Positions 1 through 12,531 of a DNA stretch of 64,000 nucleotides are shown here, piece after piece. Position 1 is the stretch's first letter; every line of letters begins with the position of its first letter. Source of the stretch: the human T2T-CHM13v2.0 reference genome, Homo sapiens. Under the pieces are notes generated by a model, which saw nothing but the letters and a program-made list of their open reading frames with translations, was not told the origin of the DNA and searched no databases. The stretch spans positions 20,384,001 through 20,448,000 of the forward strand of contig CP086569.2 in the NCBI GenBank assembly GCA_009914755.4, written 5' to 3'. The position numbers and the translations under genes are program-made.

Positions 1-84
1 GAGTTAAGATTGTGGAGCTATTGGGACAGAATGAATACATTCTGCATATGAGAAGGACAGGAATTTTCAAGACTACAGATGGAA

Positions 85-452
85 TATTATGGTTTGAATG
101 TTTCCCAATATTCAAGTGTTCGAAACCTAGTCCCCAATCCAACAGTGTTGAGAACTGGGACCTGCAAGAGGTAATTAAGTCATGACCATGGGACATTAAT
201 TAATGTCATTACTGTGAGAGTGAGTTAGTTATTGTGGAACTGAGTTCATAATTAAATTAAATGAGTTTAGTCCCCTTCTTCTCTTTCCCTTGGGCTCTCT
301 TTCCCATCTGCCTTCCATCATGGGATGCAACTGGAAGATGGAGCTTGCCAGAGCAGTCCCTCATAATTCTTGGCCTCCAGAACTATGAGCAAATACATTT
401 CTGTTAACTATAAATTACCCTGTTTGTACCAGTAGAAAACATACTAAGACAT
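85..452 (+). mobile_element. MaLR-type solo LTR (MST/MLT1-like)
   Basis: It begins 'tatggtttgaatgtttcccaa' and ends with the typical MaLR terminus 'tctgttaactataaattaccc...'. It resembles the THE1/MST LTR consensus, and no internal sequence follows it. Confidence 0.45.
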
Positions 453-3400
453 GAATTCTTCTAGTTAGATCATTCAACTTCTTTGATCCAATTAGCCTCC
501 CCTGAATGTACCATGGGAGGGAGTGGGGATGTAGAGTGAAAACCTAAGTATTATCTTAGGAAATGCCATGTGCAAGTGGAAAAGTATACTTTTAAACTTT
601 TAAAGTGTACTGTCTTCTCTCCTTAACTCCTTTAAGGTAGAAAACATGGTTTGAAAAAAGTGATTGCATGGTGTCACAATGCCTTTGAGAGTCACAATCA
701 GGAAGCAGCTTAGCTAGTGTGGGACCCAACCCAGAATGAACTTCCCTTCCCACATCAAATATCAGATTAAGAAGCTCTTAACCTGAGTGTTTTAGATTCT
801 ACTTTTGTCCTTTATATCTGAACTACAGATCTCATATGGTCACCTATATCTCTAACACTCTCAACTTCGTATAAGGCATTTTTCTTGAGGAGATAGTTTT
901 CCAATTAAGTTTTACCCCTACTGCAAAATTATCTCTCATCCACCTGACCTTTTGCCCAAACTGAGAGCATCTTTTACTGGAAGAGTTGTGATGAGTTATT
1001 TCACAGGATGAAGTCAGTGGGCAATGATTGGCTAGTAACCTCATCTCTCTGCTCAGTGAATGACACTACCTCTATAAGAGCCCTGGCTGACTCTTGTCTA
1101 CTCCAAAATTTCCCATCTGGCAAAAGCTGCCCAGTGAGGGTAGGGAGGTTTCCCCTTCACATACCACCTTTTGCTCCCCTCTTCATGAGGAGACCAGCCA
1201 GAAAAGGATGGCCAGCCTGCTACACAACTGTGCCTTGGAAGGTTGTAACTCATCTCATGGGCATTCTCCCGACACCCCATGTAGTACCAGGAAACCCAGG
1301 GGACCATGACCTCATCCTGAACTATTATCAAGAACCCTCCATTGCTAAACGTGGGGTTCACTGCAATCACATTTACTCACATAGAGTTCCCCTACCTCTC
1401 AAAAGGATTTTTCCCCAAAACTGGTTCCATTCACCATTTCCCAAATCCTCCAAGTCATTAAAAAAAGGGACAATAATTTCAAAGAATTGAGGTATCTTCA
1501 CTATTACCTCTTCGGTCAAAGATTCTCATTCCTCTGAATGAACCCCTGCCACTCCCCTCACAAGATATTACATGGCCTTACAAAAGCCAGTAATAATTCT
1601 GCCCACAGTGATGGCCCAAGATACACAGACTACCAGCTATACAGGTGAGAAGTTCTATGTTCCATTGCTGCACATCTTAACCTGGATGTTCTCAAATTAG
1701 ACTATTTCAGTCATCACACACAGCATTAATCACATGGCAAAGGATATAAATTAAGAGATGTAGGGGTCCTAACCATTAGACTCTACCATAGCTGTTATTT
1801 TAAGCCCTTCTAAAAAGCAGAAAACCATGTGCCCTTGATAGATAAGAATGTAAGTCTGTTATCTGAGGTCTACCACCTGCTCCCTGCAACATGGTCTTAT
1901 GAGACACAGCACATACATTCCATAATTTATCACAGCTGTGCCATAGTAGTACCTCATAGAAGTATCTCCATGGCAACATTTACAAGTCTCCACAGCAAAA
2001 ATAAATTCTGCCACTGTTGGTGCCACAGATGCTGGGCCCTAACAAGATGGGAGGAGACTGAGACTTTTGAGGGTTTCCCATGATCCATTTCCTCTGCAGG
2101 CAACTGTATCAGCTCCAGCTGAGACTAACCTTGTTATAACTTATGCCCTCTCCATCACGGGCATCAACTTTCTCTGTATCTAATTCAAGATAATCTACAA
2201 AGCATTCAGGCATATTCTCCTGGAAGAGAAGTTCCTGAGCCAATAATTTCTGCCCAGGCATTGCGACCAAACACACCCCAGGTCTGCTTCAGTGAAGTGG
2301 CTGGCAGAAGAGAAGGAAACCCACATTATCGAAGGAAGGGCTAATATGTACATCTACTATGTATCAACAAAAATAAATCAATAATTAAAAACCTAAAAAT
2401 TGTATTATACTGTTTCTAACTATAGGGCCAAGCCTCCTTTATAAAACGAGATGTGTCCTTGTCTAAAGGAAAATAATACTTCATAGATTATTAAAAGGAA
2501 ATTATCTTTCACAGATAATTCATTCCTGATTGCCACAATGATTAAAAAGACAATCAGTCCTTCACTCCACAGATGGCAAAAACAGCCCATTTTTCTGAGA
2601 AGACACCAAACAGAAGTCAGAATCTTGTATGTGATTGCTTTATCTCACCTCCCTGGGCCCTGGGAACAGGATCACCCTGTTGCCACCAATGTGGTAATTG
2701 AGCCACAAAGCAAGTGGCTCAGCTGTACCTACATCTCTCACAGTTATTCTGGCTGGCAATATCCTCCTCCAGAAGACATTTTGGCTTTTTGTCCTGATTT
2801 CCTTTCCACCTCTCTGAGTCAGCTGTGCTGAATTTGTATGGCTTGGCGTCCTTGGTTTCTGAATGGAAAAAAAAAGAGGGATGAACATCAACACCTTATT
2901 ATAAATGCTATTTCATTTGTCTTACACTAAAGAAAAATATGTCCAAACAAATGTTTGCCCAAAATTAACCATGGACATAAACTCTTTAACCATACTGTTT
3001 TCAAGGAGTTTATGTATCTAGACACACAAGCTATAAGCATGTATATCAGTGAACACATTTTTGTGCACATTCTCTTTTGGAAATAAAAACACAGCATACA
3101 CACAAAACAGAAATAGCAGGAAAAAAATCTCACAAGGAATATAGGCTATAAACTACCTTTTGAATATTTGGAAATAAAATTTAACTTTAAAGGCTTATAT
3201 AATATTATAATGACAATAATATGAAAAACATAAATTTGAAGAACTGAACCCATAATAAACACTAGGCAGACATAAAATACTGTCCTTTTTTAATTCTTCT
3301 AGTCATGTAATTAAAATGGGCACTCAGGGGGTCATTTAAATAACTTCATTTATTTTTATAAAGATAAAACAAATTCTTTTTAACATTCCAAAAAAAGTGG

Positions 3401-3530
3401 CCTATTCATCTTTGAAATAAAAGTAAAAATCTTAGAAAATTCCTATACAACATGTATCATAATTAACTATCAAGTTAAATATATGCTATATCCCATTCTG
3501 CCAAGAGGTACAGGAGTAAGCGAGAGAGAG

Positions 3531-3533
3531 CGA

Positions 3534-3568
<35 letters not shown>
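3531..3568. repeat. (GT)n microsatellite, about 19 units
   Basis: A perfect 'gtgtgt...' run is visible directly in the sequence. Confidence 0.95.
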
Positions 3569-3569
<1 letters not shown>

Positions 3570-3914
3570 GTTGCACGATCCTGCAGAACCACAGCTGCTA
3601 CACATCTTCTCAAGCAAGTATCAAGTAAGGTATTCTGAGCAGCTAGATATATTGGTTATTTTATCAACAGAAAAATAAAATCAATTGATAGGTAAATGCC
3701 ATGCATTTTTTAGAAATTATTCACAATAATTAAAACTTCTGTTACAGGCTGAGCATCTCTTATTGTAAATGCTTGGGACAATTATTTTAATTTTTTATCA
3801 GATTTTGGAATATGTACATATACATAATAAGGTATCTTGAATATGAGAACCAAGTCTATACAAAAAAATCATTTATGTTTCACATACACTTTACACACAT
3901 AGCCTAAAAGTAAT

Positions 3915-3920
3915 TTTATT
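3915..3920 (-). terminator. Candidate poly(A) signal (AATAAA on the minus strand) downstream of the large exon
   Basis: The plus strand reads 'tttatt' at 3915-3920, about 260 nt 3' (in the minus-strand sense) of the frame-b stop at 4180. Several other AATAAA-like hexamers exist, so this is only the nearest candidate. Confidence 0.2.
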
Positions 3921-4179
3921 CAGTATTTTTAACAATTTTGCATATGTAACAAAGTTTACGTTAAGTATTTGTTTGTGGGCTTTTCCACTTGGGGCATGAT
4001 GGTGGCATTCAAAAGTTTCAGATTCTGTAGCAAAGTATCCAGAAACATGTATATCCTAAGTACTACTATTCACATTCCCTTACTGGACATAATATATACA
4101 TTCAAATTACAATAAGCTTCATTAGTCAAATCTGCATAGTGCCATGTCCTACCATACTCCCCCAGTACTCTTTACATAT

Positions 4180-4985
4180 TTAAACTGTAACTACAGGTAA
4201 AGTTGCTAAAAGGTGGGTAGAGGGGGTGACCTGCAATGCCCGTTGCTCCCAACTGAGCTGACTAGAATCTGCATACAGTTCAGTAGTAACACACTTGAGT
4301 CGGTCAGCCATGCAACCTGCTGAGGTGGTGACTCTCTTTACCAGGTTAGATGGCTTTGGTTTCAGAAGTTTGCCATCACTTGATTTGGCCTCATTGGCTC
4401 CATCTTTGGTGTAAGTAGAGATTATGTCCATACTTAGTGGGGCACTGCCAAGGCAATATGGTTTGGGATACTCTTGGATTTTACCAAAAGTTACAGCATG
4501 ACCATCACTCACTAGAGTTGGCTCCAGGAATGATGTTGAAACTGGCATCCCTATGTTCTCTTTGTTGGCTGGAGTCCGTTTGAGAGCATAAGCTTCATGC
4601 AAGTCACCAATGTGCCCCAACTCCTCTCTTAGCATGATAAAATCACCATGCTGCTGCAGGGATGCCTTGACAATTGGGGGCTTGGCAGGCTTGGCATTCT
4701 GACCAATATTTTTCACTGTAAAGCATGGTTTGGACATGTTTGCCTCAGTTTTGGCATCTGGTTCTTCTTGGAGAAGGTCTATGTAAACAATCTTTTTATT
4801 TCTGCTAACAGTCTTCCCTTGGTTCCAGCTGAGGTTTAGTTTTAGATTGTCAGTGTGGACTTCTGGATGAAACTCTGTACTGCCAGCTTCCAACATCTCA
4901 GAAAATTGATTCTGGACAGTTGGGTCTTTGTGGCAGGCTCTTTCATGGGAATGGGATCTTTCTCTGGTTTCTCCTCTTTTTTCTC
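4180..4985 (-). other. Out-of-frame but still open 238-codon continuation, made of tandem copy B plus a unique C-terminal tail
   Basis: The ORF track gives 4180..4896 on the minus strand. Its N-terminal half is clearly homologous to copy A in the main frame ([21 protein letters not shown]... against [21 protein letters not shown]...). The frame differs by +2 because the repeat unit is 425 bp. It carries a unique ~95-aa tail ending ...[10 protein letters not shown]. Its status is uncertain: it may be the ancestral C-terminus, an alternative isoform, or a remnant. Confidence 0.35.
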
Positions 4986-5412
4986 TTTGTTGGTTGGAGT
5001 CTGTTTGATAGTATAAGGTTCATGAAAGTCATCAATGTGCCCCAACTTCTCTCTTAGGGTGATGAAATCACCATGCTGCTGCAGGTATGGCTTGACAATT
5101 GGGGGACTGGCAGGGTCAGCATTCTGGCCAACACTTTTCATTATGAAGCTGGGTTTGGACACATTTGCATCAGTTTTAGCATCTGTTTTTTCTTGGAGAT
5201 GGTCTACATAAACAACCTTATCACTTCTGATAATAATCTTACCTTGATTCCAGCTGGGGTTCAGTTTTAGACTGTCATTGGGGACTTCTGGATGAAACGC
5301 TGTACTGCTAGCTTCCAGCATCTCAGAAAACTGATTCTGGAGAGTTGGGTCTTTGCGGCAGGCTCTTTCTTGGGAATGTGACCTCCTCTCTGGTTTCTCC
5401 TTTTTGGTGATC
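4563..5412 (-). repeat. Intragenic tandem duplication, 2 x ~425 bp (copy B 4563..4987, copy A 4988..~5412)
   Basis: The copies can be aligned by eye, for example 'ttgttggctggagtccgtttgagagcataagcttcatgcaagtcaccaatgtgccccaa' against 'ttgttggttggagtctgtttgatagtataaggttcatgaaagtcatcaatgtgccccaa'. Nucleotide identity is about 80-85%. The antisense shadow ORFs 4648..4839 and 5073..5270 are offset by 425 bp. Confidence 0.8.
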
Positions 5413-6863
5413 TCTATGGGCCTGTGTGTTATCAACATGGGTTGCACCATGCCAAATCCCAGGGCATCTTGGTAGATCAGAAACTCTGGATGGCCCATGG
5501 GCACCACATAAGGCAGTCTAGGCTTTGAGGCAAGACACCCCAGAAAGAGACTGTTGTTGGGCAACAAAACTGGATGAGGGTAGACAGGCCCTTTGTCATG
5601 TAAGGAGAAGGGTCTTATAGCAGTGGCCTTAGGTACTGGGTAAGGAAAGTAACTTCTGGGGTGGGAAATTGATGGGGGCCTGAAAGCCTCATTTGGAGGT
5701 AGAAATAGGGGGCTTGGTTGAAGGCCATTCTTATTTGCTTTGAAACTCAGTTCTGGGCTGCTGGCTTTGGCAACCTTGCTGCTAGTGCTGCTGCTTTGCT
5801 TGACAGGCACGGTTGGAGGTTGGCCCACTTGCTGAATGATGGATGATGTGGTATCCACAGAGCTCCTGTTGGTCCTAGTGCCATCTGCCCTATGTGGGGT
5901 TGGGGACTGGTAATATAGAGTTAATATAGAGGTGGGGTGGCCTGCACAGGACACTGACCCCAAAACATTAGGGATCATAGTTCCTTTGCCATTCATGCAA
6001 AGGTAAAAAGAACTTTGCTGTTGTATTATCATCCAGTCCATCACCTTGTTTTTCAACATGCTTTCACCATTGTTCTCTTCATTAGTTCTTGGCCTGGGTA
6101 CTACCCAGGATGATGGATCAGTGCTAATAAATTCAGATCTATAGATAGCACAGCCATTTCTTAGAGAAGATATCTCTTTCAGAATCTCACTTCTGGAGAG
6201 CACTAAGCCACTTCCAGCCATGCTGTGAACCAGGCCCATGGAAGCCATCTTTTTCATGTGATCAGCTTTGGAAGCATCTACCTCCACCACTTTAGAAGAC
6301 AACTCTACTGGCTTATTTGAGATGCTTTTGGTAATACTCTGCTTCTCTAACAGAGGAGGTGAGACACCATCTTTCCTGTCTTGAGCCACTGTCTTCCAGG
6401 TGTACATGGGGACTGGCTGAGCACTCTCACCCACTTCCAGGGTCTCAGGATATTTGCTATTGGAGAGCCTCGCTGTGGGGAACTCACTGCCCATCATGTT
6501 TGCCTTTGACAGTGTCACTGAAGGAGCGGTAGAGATCCTGGCATAATGCTCATGGAACTCAGAGAATATGTCTGCAACAGCCTGGGTGGGAAGGTGGACC
6601 TGGGGTGAGGGCTGAGGGGAGGCACAGAACACGAGAGTTGTATCGCCTGGAAAGCCACTAGCAACTGCCTTGGCAAATGGCACCCTGGTTGTTTCCTGTT
6701 CTGAATATGAGGATAGGTGTGGGAATTGATGGCGTTCCGGGGACTGATGGCCATCCTCCGTGGTACGCTTTTGTCTGCACAGCGGAAGAGAGGTGGAATG
6801 GCTGAGATGGCCAAAGCTGTTGAAAGCCTCATGGGTGATGCCAAGGACAATGGGATGTGGGGA
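4842..6863 (-). CDS. Large coding exon (673 codons plus stop) of an unrecognised Ser/Pro/Thr-rich, probably disordered protein. It is most likely the terminal exon
   Basis: It is a 2022-nt open frame (ORF track 4842..6875, 677 aa), far longer than chance allows. A strong 3' splice site 'ttttcctacctgccatcaccttgctatttcag|TCCCCACAT' lies at 6864/6863 on the minus strand. The frame ends with TAA at 4842, 45 codons into duplicated copy B. There are no recognisable domains such as zinc fingers or RT/gag motifs, and I do not recognise the product. Confidence 0.6.
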   Translation of the reverse strand, partial: SPHPIVLGITHEAFNSFGHLSHSTSLPLCRQKRTTEDGHQSPERHQFPHLSSYSEQETTRVPFAKAVASGFPGDTTLVFCASPQPSPQVHLPTQAVADIFSEFHEHYARISTAPSVTLSKANMMGSEFPTARLSNSKYPETLEVGESAQPVPMYTWKTVAQDRKDGVSPPLLEKQSITKSISNKPVELSSKVVEVDASKADHMKKMASMGLVHSMAGSGLVLSRSEILKEISSLRNGCAIYRSEFISTDPSSWVVPRPRTNEENNGESMLKNKVMDWMIIQQQSSFYLCMNGKGTMIPNVLGSVSCAGHPTSILTLYYQSPTPHRADGTRTNRSSVDTTSSIIQQVGQPPTVPVKQSSSTSSKVAKASSPELSFKANKNGLQPSPLFLPPNEAFRPPSISHPRSYFPYPVPKATAIRPFSLHDKGPVYPHPVLLPNNSLFLGCLASKPRLPYVVPMGHPEFLIYQDALGFGMVQPMLITHRPIEITKKEKPERRSHSQERACRKDPTLQNQFSEMLEASSTAFHPEVPNDSLKLNPSWNQGKIIIRSDKVVYVDHLQEKTDAKTDANVSKPSFIMKSVGQNADPASPPIVKPYLQQHGDFITLREKLGHIDDFHEPYTIKQTPTNKEKKEEKPEKDPIPMKEPATKTQLSRINFLRCWKLAVQSFIQKSTLTI

Positions 6864-7174
6864 CTGAAATAGCAAGGTGATGGCAGGTAGGAAAATTGCT
6901 TCCTATTTCTGTTTCCTGGAAAACATAGCAGCTGGGCCAAGTTGGAGGACTGCTGAGGTAGCCAGAACATGTTCTGTGAATACATATTTGGAAAATCAAG
7001 GGAAGGATGGATGGCTGGTGTGGCACTCTCCATGTAAGGATTGACCCAGGGTAGCTGCAGGTAATGAGCATCATAGATGTTGCAAGGCCTATGATTGTGG
7101 CTGGTAGGCCTGTCCAAGCCAAGTGTTTCTGCTGTGCTGAAAGCATTTTGTATTCCAGGCGGTGTTTTACATAC

Positions 7175-7266
7175 AGCAGTGAAGCAATCTGGGGGTTTTT
7201 CAGAGACAGCAAAATCTTCCACTATCTCAGGTATATTTAGTTTGAACTGCATCTATGGATTTATTT
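7175..7266 (-). CDS. Putative upstream coding exon containing the start ATG (coding 7175..7252, 26 codons: [26 protein letters not shown])
   Basis: On the minus strand it has an acceptor 'gggttttcttcag|aaataaatccatagATG' and a strong donor 'cactgct|GTATGTaaaac'. The exon ends in phase 0 and joins in frame to the 6863 acceptor, giving an intron of about 311 nt. Against this, the same frame also stays open through the donor (ORF 6515..7252, 245 aa), so the alternative is an unspliced, frameshifted pseudogene-like exon. Confidence 0.3.
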
Positions 7267-7956
7267 CTGAAGAAAACCCAAGGCCACCTACAGTGTTCAT
7301 GGTAACCTCATGATCTTGCTTGGAGTTCATTCTGCTCAAACTAGAAAGACAGTGTTTCTGGGGAACAGGAGCCCTTCCTGTTTCAGGCCTGTGTGGTCCA
7401 TGATCAGTGCTTCCAGGCCGTCAATCTGATAAGCCAATTTGCATCCACCTTGGCAGAGCAACAACATAGATGTTACTTGGGACACTCCTTCAAAACAGCA
7501 GTAGCAGTACATAAGAGAAACTGCCAAGTAGTTCAATATGACATCAGCCTAACATCTGAGCAGAAGGGGTTAAAGATAAAGTAAGAAATATAGTATCTGC
7601 GTGAACTGCTTTTTTCCCTTATGCAGACTCCTTCTTAGGGCATTGTGCTGCCTGTTTTCTTCACACCTCTGTTAAACTATAATTCTAAAAGCATAAAACA
7701 ATGATCCTTTCAGATTTAAAGGATATTAAGTTGTCTATTCACTCTGGAAATTTTGCCTCCTCAGCAAAAATTGTTTGCTGCAACTTAGAAGCTACCAACT
7801 CCAAAACTGTCAGCACCACCCTTACTGGGTAAAGAACTCACACTAACCCTCCCAAGGCCTGTTAAGGTTTAGATAAGATGAGTATTCACTTAGTTTTTCT
7901 TGAGTGTAGGAAGACATTTTTAACAGAATAAGCAACCTTCAGTGGACGACAAAAAC

Positions 7957-8010
7957 TCTAGCCTGGGCAACACAGTGAGACCCTGTCTCAAAAAAATAAA
8001 AATAAAAATA
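7957..8010 (+). mobile_element. Alu 3'-end fragment with A-rich tail
   Basis: 'ctagcctgggcaacacagtgagaccctgtctcaaaaaaataaaaataaaaa'. Confidence 0.6.
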
Positions 8011-8259
8011 TTTAAAAATTATAGGTGACACACAGTTTTATAACATAACCATCAGCTGCTATAGTCTGAACAGGAAGCTGCATATATGTGCCAGGCTGCT
8101 ATGTTTGTCTTGGGGCTTGTTTTCAAAAGTATGTAAAATATTTGGTGCCATCTTTCAAATCCCAATATGCAGCAGAAAAAATTGCAGCATTTCCCTGAAG
8201 AGCACCTTTAATTATTTACTGCTTAGACAGAGAAGATGCTACAAGAAAAGAAAGTCACA

Positions 8260-10000
8260 GGCTAGTATTCCTGATGGACACATACATAAATTCTCAAAAA
8301 CTACTAGCAAACTTAATATAATAACACATTAAAAGATAGTTAACCATGATCAAATGGTATTCATCTCTGAGAAACAGTTTAACATACACAAAACCAATTA
8401 ATGTAACACATCACATTGAAAAAAAAAGAAGAAATGAAAAGTACATGATCATTGTAATATCAACTGCAAAAGCATTTGACAAAATTTGACACCCTTTCAT
8501 GGTAACTCTCAACAAGTTAAGAAGAGAGGAAATTTATAGGCTACATATGACAGATGCATAGCTACCATCAGATTCCATGGTGAAAGGTCAAAATTTTATC
8601 CTAAGAACAGAGACAAGACAAGGATGGCTACTCTTCACCACTTATTTTCATCATAGTACTGGAAGTCTTTGCCAGAATAATTAGACAGCAGATAGTAATA
8701 AACGGTATCCTAACAAGAAAGAAAGAAGTGAATTTATCTCTACTTGGAGATAACATGATCTTATATTTAGAAAACCCCAAAGACTGCACCAAAAGAAAAC
8801 CGCTGGAACAGATAAATAAATTCTATAAAGTTACAGGACCAAGAAAATATGTAAAAATCAATATCATTTCTGCATACCAACAAACTACTAAGAAGGAAAA
8901 ATAACACAATCTCATTTATAAAAGCAACAACAAAGAAATTTAAAACTTGGGTATAAATTTAATCAAGGATATAAAAGACATTTATAATGAAAACTACAAA
9001 AAAAGATCAAATAAACTTAAACACAAATAGATTTGTCCATAAAATAGAAGAATTAATACTGTGAAAATATCCATTCTACCCAAAGTATTTTAGAAACTCG
9101 ATGTTATCACCGTCAAAATTCCAAGGTCTCTTGTCACAGAAATAGAAAACACAAACATTAAATTTGAATGGAACTACAAAAGACGCTGAAAGACTAAAAC
9201 AACCTAAAACAAAAAGAACAAAGCTAGAGGCAGCATATTCCCTGATTACCAGACATATTACAAAGAAAATCTAACAGGAGCACATAGTACTAGCATAAAA
9301 ACTGACACATTCAACCAGTTAAGAATGATAGAAAACCCAAAAATTACTCAAACATTTATGTTCAATTTTTTTTTTCCAAAGGTGCAAGGAGTGCAGAATG
9401 GAAAAAGGACAGGTTCTTCAAACAATGGTGCTGGGAAAACTCAATATCCACATGCAGATGAATGAAATTAGACTGTTATCTTACACAATATACAAAAATC
9501 AACTCGAAATGAATGAAAGAAGCAAATATATAATCAAAAGCTGAAAAACTACCAGAAATCTCAACAATATCAAACTAGGTAACAACTTTTTTGATATCAC
9601 CCCAAAAGCACAGGCAACAAAAGTAAAAATAATCAAATTAAATGGCATTAGACTGCAAAGCTTCTGTGTAGCAAAGGAAAAAAGAAAGGGAAGAAACACC
9701 CCATTGAGTAAGAGAACATATTTGCAAACTGTATATCTTACAAGCCATTAATTTCAAATTTACAAGTAACTCAACTGGATAACAATAAAACAATGTGAAA
9801 GTGGGCAAAGAATATGAACAGTCAGTTATTAAAAGAAGACATTCAATTAGTTGATAGGTCTATAGTCTTTCATACTGCCATGGAGACACCAAGATAACAA
9901 TGATATATGCACCAAACTTTACTCTGCAGACTCATTAAGAAGCTGCAGCACCCAGTCAAATGTATTGTCGAGAAATACTGCAACCAAAAACAGTAGCCAA
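8260..10000 (+). mobile_element. Old L1 (L1M-type) fragment covering the ORF2 RT domain to the C-terminal region
   Basis: Its translation and nucleotide sequence parallel L1 ORF2, for example the stretch '...attcctgatggacacatacataaattctcaaaaactactagcaaac...' matching the ORF2 segment [24 protein letters not shown]. It has diverged heavily. Confidence 0.65.
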
Positions 10001-11151
10001 GTCCATGATATTTTGCTCATCTTTATCCCTTCCTCTATCTGGTATAGTGAGGAATAATCAGAGTAAACCTTCTAATTCTCAGCTCGTCCCTCAGCATACA
10101 GCAACCCCTCCTTGCTGCCAACATTGTTCTGTCTTATTTTCAGGATGCCTGAGAAACTGGTTTCTATCTCACTTGAATCCGAAGTGCTGAAAGAAACTGT
10201 AGCATCATTTGTATACCAGGATGCACTATGCTGAAAACATGAGCACATCAGAGCAACAATGAGTCTGCAATGTCAGAGGCAGGAACCAGAGGAAGTAAGA
10301 AATGGTGGGCAGATGAATACCAAGACCAGATTGAAACCAAAACCAAATCACCTGAGAAATAGCATGGATGATCCTCTAATGGAAATTAAGACAGTTAAAT
10401 CAACTATACGTGTTAAAATAAAAGCACATACAGACAAGAGGCATCCCAAGAAAGGTACTGAGAAGTCCCAGAACCTCTATCTGGGGTGACTAGAAAAGAT
10501 CTTCCCCTCAATGAAGCCAGTACATAAAATGGAGGGGTGGCTGTTTCTCAAATGCCAAAATCCCAAGAAAGATTGAGAGACATGCAAGTAACATGGAAAC
10601 ATGGCCTAATGGCCAAATCCAAAAACAAAGTACATCACTGGAAACTGAACCTAAAGAAACTGAGATCACACAATTTCCACACAAAGGTTTAAAATAACTG
10701 TCTTAATTGTTCATTGAGAAAACAAAACAAAGACAGGCAACTAAATGAAATAAGAAAAATAGTACATGAACAAAAATGAGACTATCAAGAGAAATAGAAA
10801 CGATTTTCAAAAAAAAATTTTTTTTACAGCTGAAAAACAAAGTACTGAAATTAAAAACTCACCAGAAGACTTTGATGAGGTATGGGAAAGAATCAGTAAA
10901 CTTTAAGATAGTTTATTTGAAATTATTGAGTTACAAGAGAAAACAAAAGAATAAATATACATATCAATATACATATTATGAGAGTCACATAAAAGGAAGA
11001 GTAAGAGAGAGGCAGAAAACATTATTGGAAGAATACGACTAAAATCTTTCCAAATTCCGAGAAAAAAAGACATACAAATTTGAAAACAACAAATTCCACT
11101 AAGAATTTAAAAACACCCATACCAAGATATACTATGATAAATTGTTTTTCT

Positions 11152-11432
11152 ATGGGGGTTTTTTGTTCTCCAGTTTGGAGGGCAGTGGTGCAATCTAAGC
11201 TCACCGCAACCTCTACCTTCAAAGTTCATGCAATTATCCCATCTTAGCTTCCTGAATAGCTGGGATTACAGGCAACTGCCAACACACCCAGCTAATTTTT
11301 TGTGTTTTCAGTAGATATGGGAATTTGCCATGTGGTCCAGGCTGGTCTTGAACTCCTGGGCTAAAGTGATCCATCTGCCTCGGCCTCCCAAAGTGCTGGG
11401 ATTACAGGTGTGAGCCACAGTGCAGACCCAAT
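11152..11432 (-). mobile_element. Alu (minus orientation) inserted in L1 ORF1
   Basis: It is the reverse complement of the Alu consensus: 'ggagggcagtggtgcaatctaagctcaccgcaacctc...cctcccaaagtgctgggattacaggtgtgagccac'. Confidence 0.9.
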
Positions 11433-11915
11433 CAAGCTGTTGATTTCTAAAGAAAAAGAGAAAATCTTGCCACATACCAGGAAGCTTCTATAAAATTACC
11501 AGTGAATTTCTAAGCAGAAACCTTGAAGGCCAGAAGGCAGTGAGAAATTTAGTGAAAAGAAAACCTGTCAATTAAGATTACATATATACACATACATATA
11601 TATGGCAAACATTCCTTAAAAATGAAGTAGAAATGAAGACTTTCCCAGATAAACAAAACTTGAAGGCATTTATTCCCACCAGACCTCCGTCACAAGAAAT
11701 GCTAAAGAAAGTATTTCAAAGAAAGAATGCTAAACAGCAATAGGAAGCCTTATAAGACATAAAATTATCTGATAAGGTAAATATATGGTCAAATATAGAG
11801 TCCTGTATTTTGAAAGATTGATGACAAATAATACTTTTAAAAGCATTAAAAGACAAAAGCCTTAAAAAATTATACATCCATACATCTGTGTACATGCCAT
11901 ATAAAGATTTAAGTG

Positions 11916-12012
11916 GGGTGCAGTGGCATGTGCCTGTAGTCCTAGCTACTTGAGAGGCTGAAACAGAAAGACTGCTGAGGTTAGGAGTTCAAATATAGCC
12001 AAGGCAATATAC
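11916..12012 (+). mobile_element. Alu-monomer-like fragment (FLAM/FRAM-like)
   Basis: 'ggcatgtgcctgtagtcctagctacttgagaggctgaaacagaaag...ggagttcaa'. Confidence 0.4.
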
Positions 12013-12212
12013 AAGATCCCACAATTTTTTTAATAAAAGATGTTATTTGCAATATCAGTAACAGAAAGTTGGAGGGAAACAAAGCTGTAAACATGCAGTT
12101 TTCATTTGTAGTTGAATTCAATATCAATTTAAAATAGATTATTGCAAGTGTAAGATGTTCTATGTAATCCCCATGTTAACTGTAAAGAAATCTCTACAAA
12201 ATACAGGCAAAA

Positions 12213-12509
<297 letters not shown>

Positions 12510-12531
12510 ATATATATATATATATATATAT
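12510..12531. repeat. (TA)n microsatellite at the Alu tail
   Basis: 'tatatatatatatatatatatg'. Confidence 0.9.

Noticed and set aside
1008-1490. 160-aa plus-strand ORF near the window start
   Set aside because: It has no start or splice context and no recognisable product. It lies just downstream of a MaLR LTR in CpG-poor sequence and is most likely spurious.
4648-5270. Plus-strand ORFs 4648..4839 and 5073..5270 (63 and 65 aa), related to each other
   Set aside because: They are the antisense shadow of the two tandem copies inside the minus-strand coding exon. They show no independent coding signal and serve only as evidence for the 425-bp duplication.
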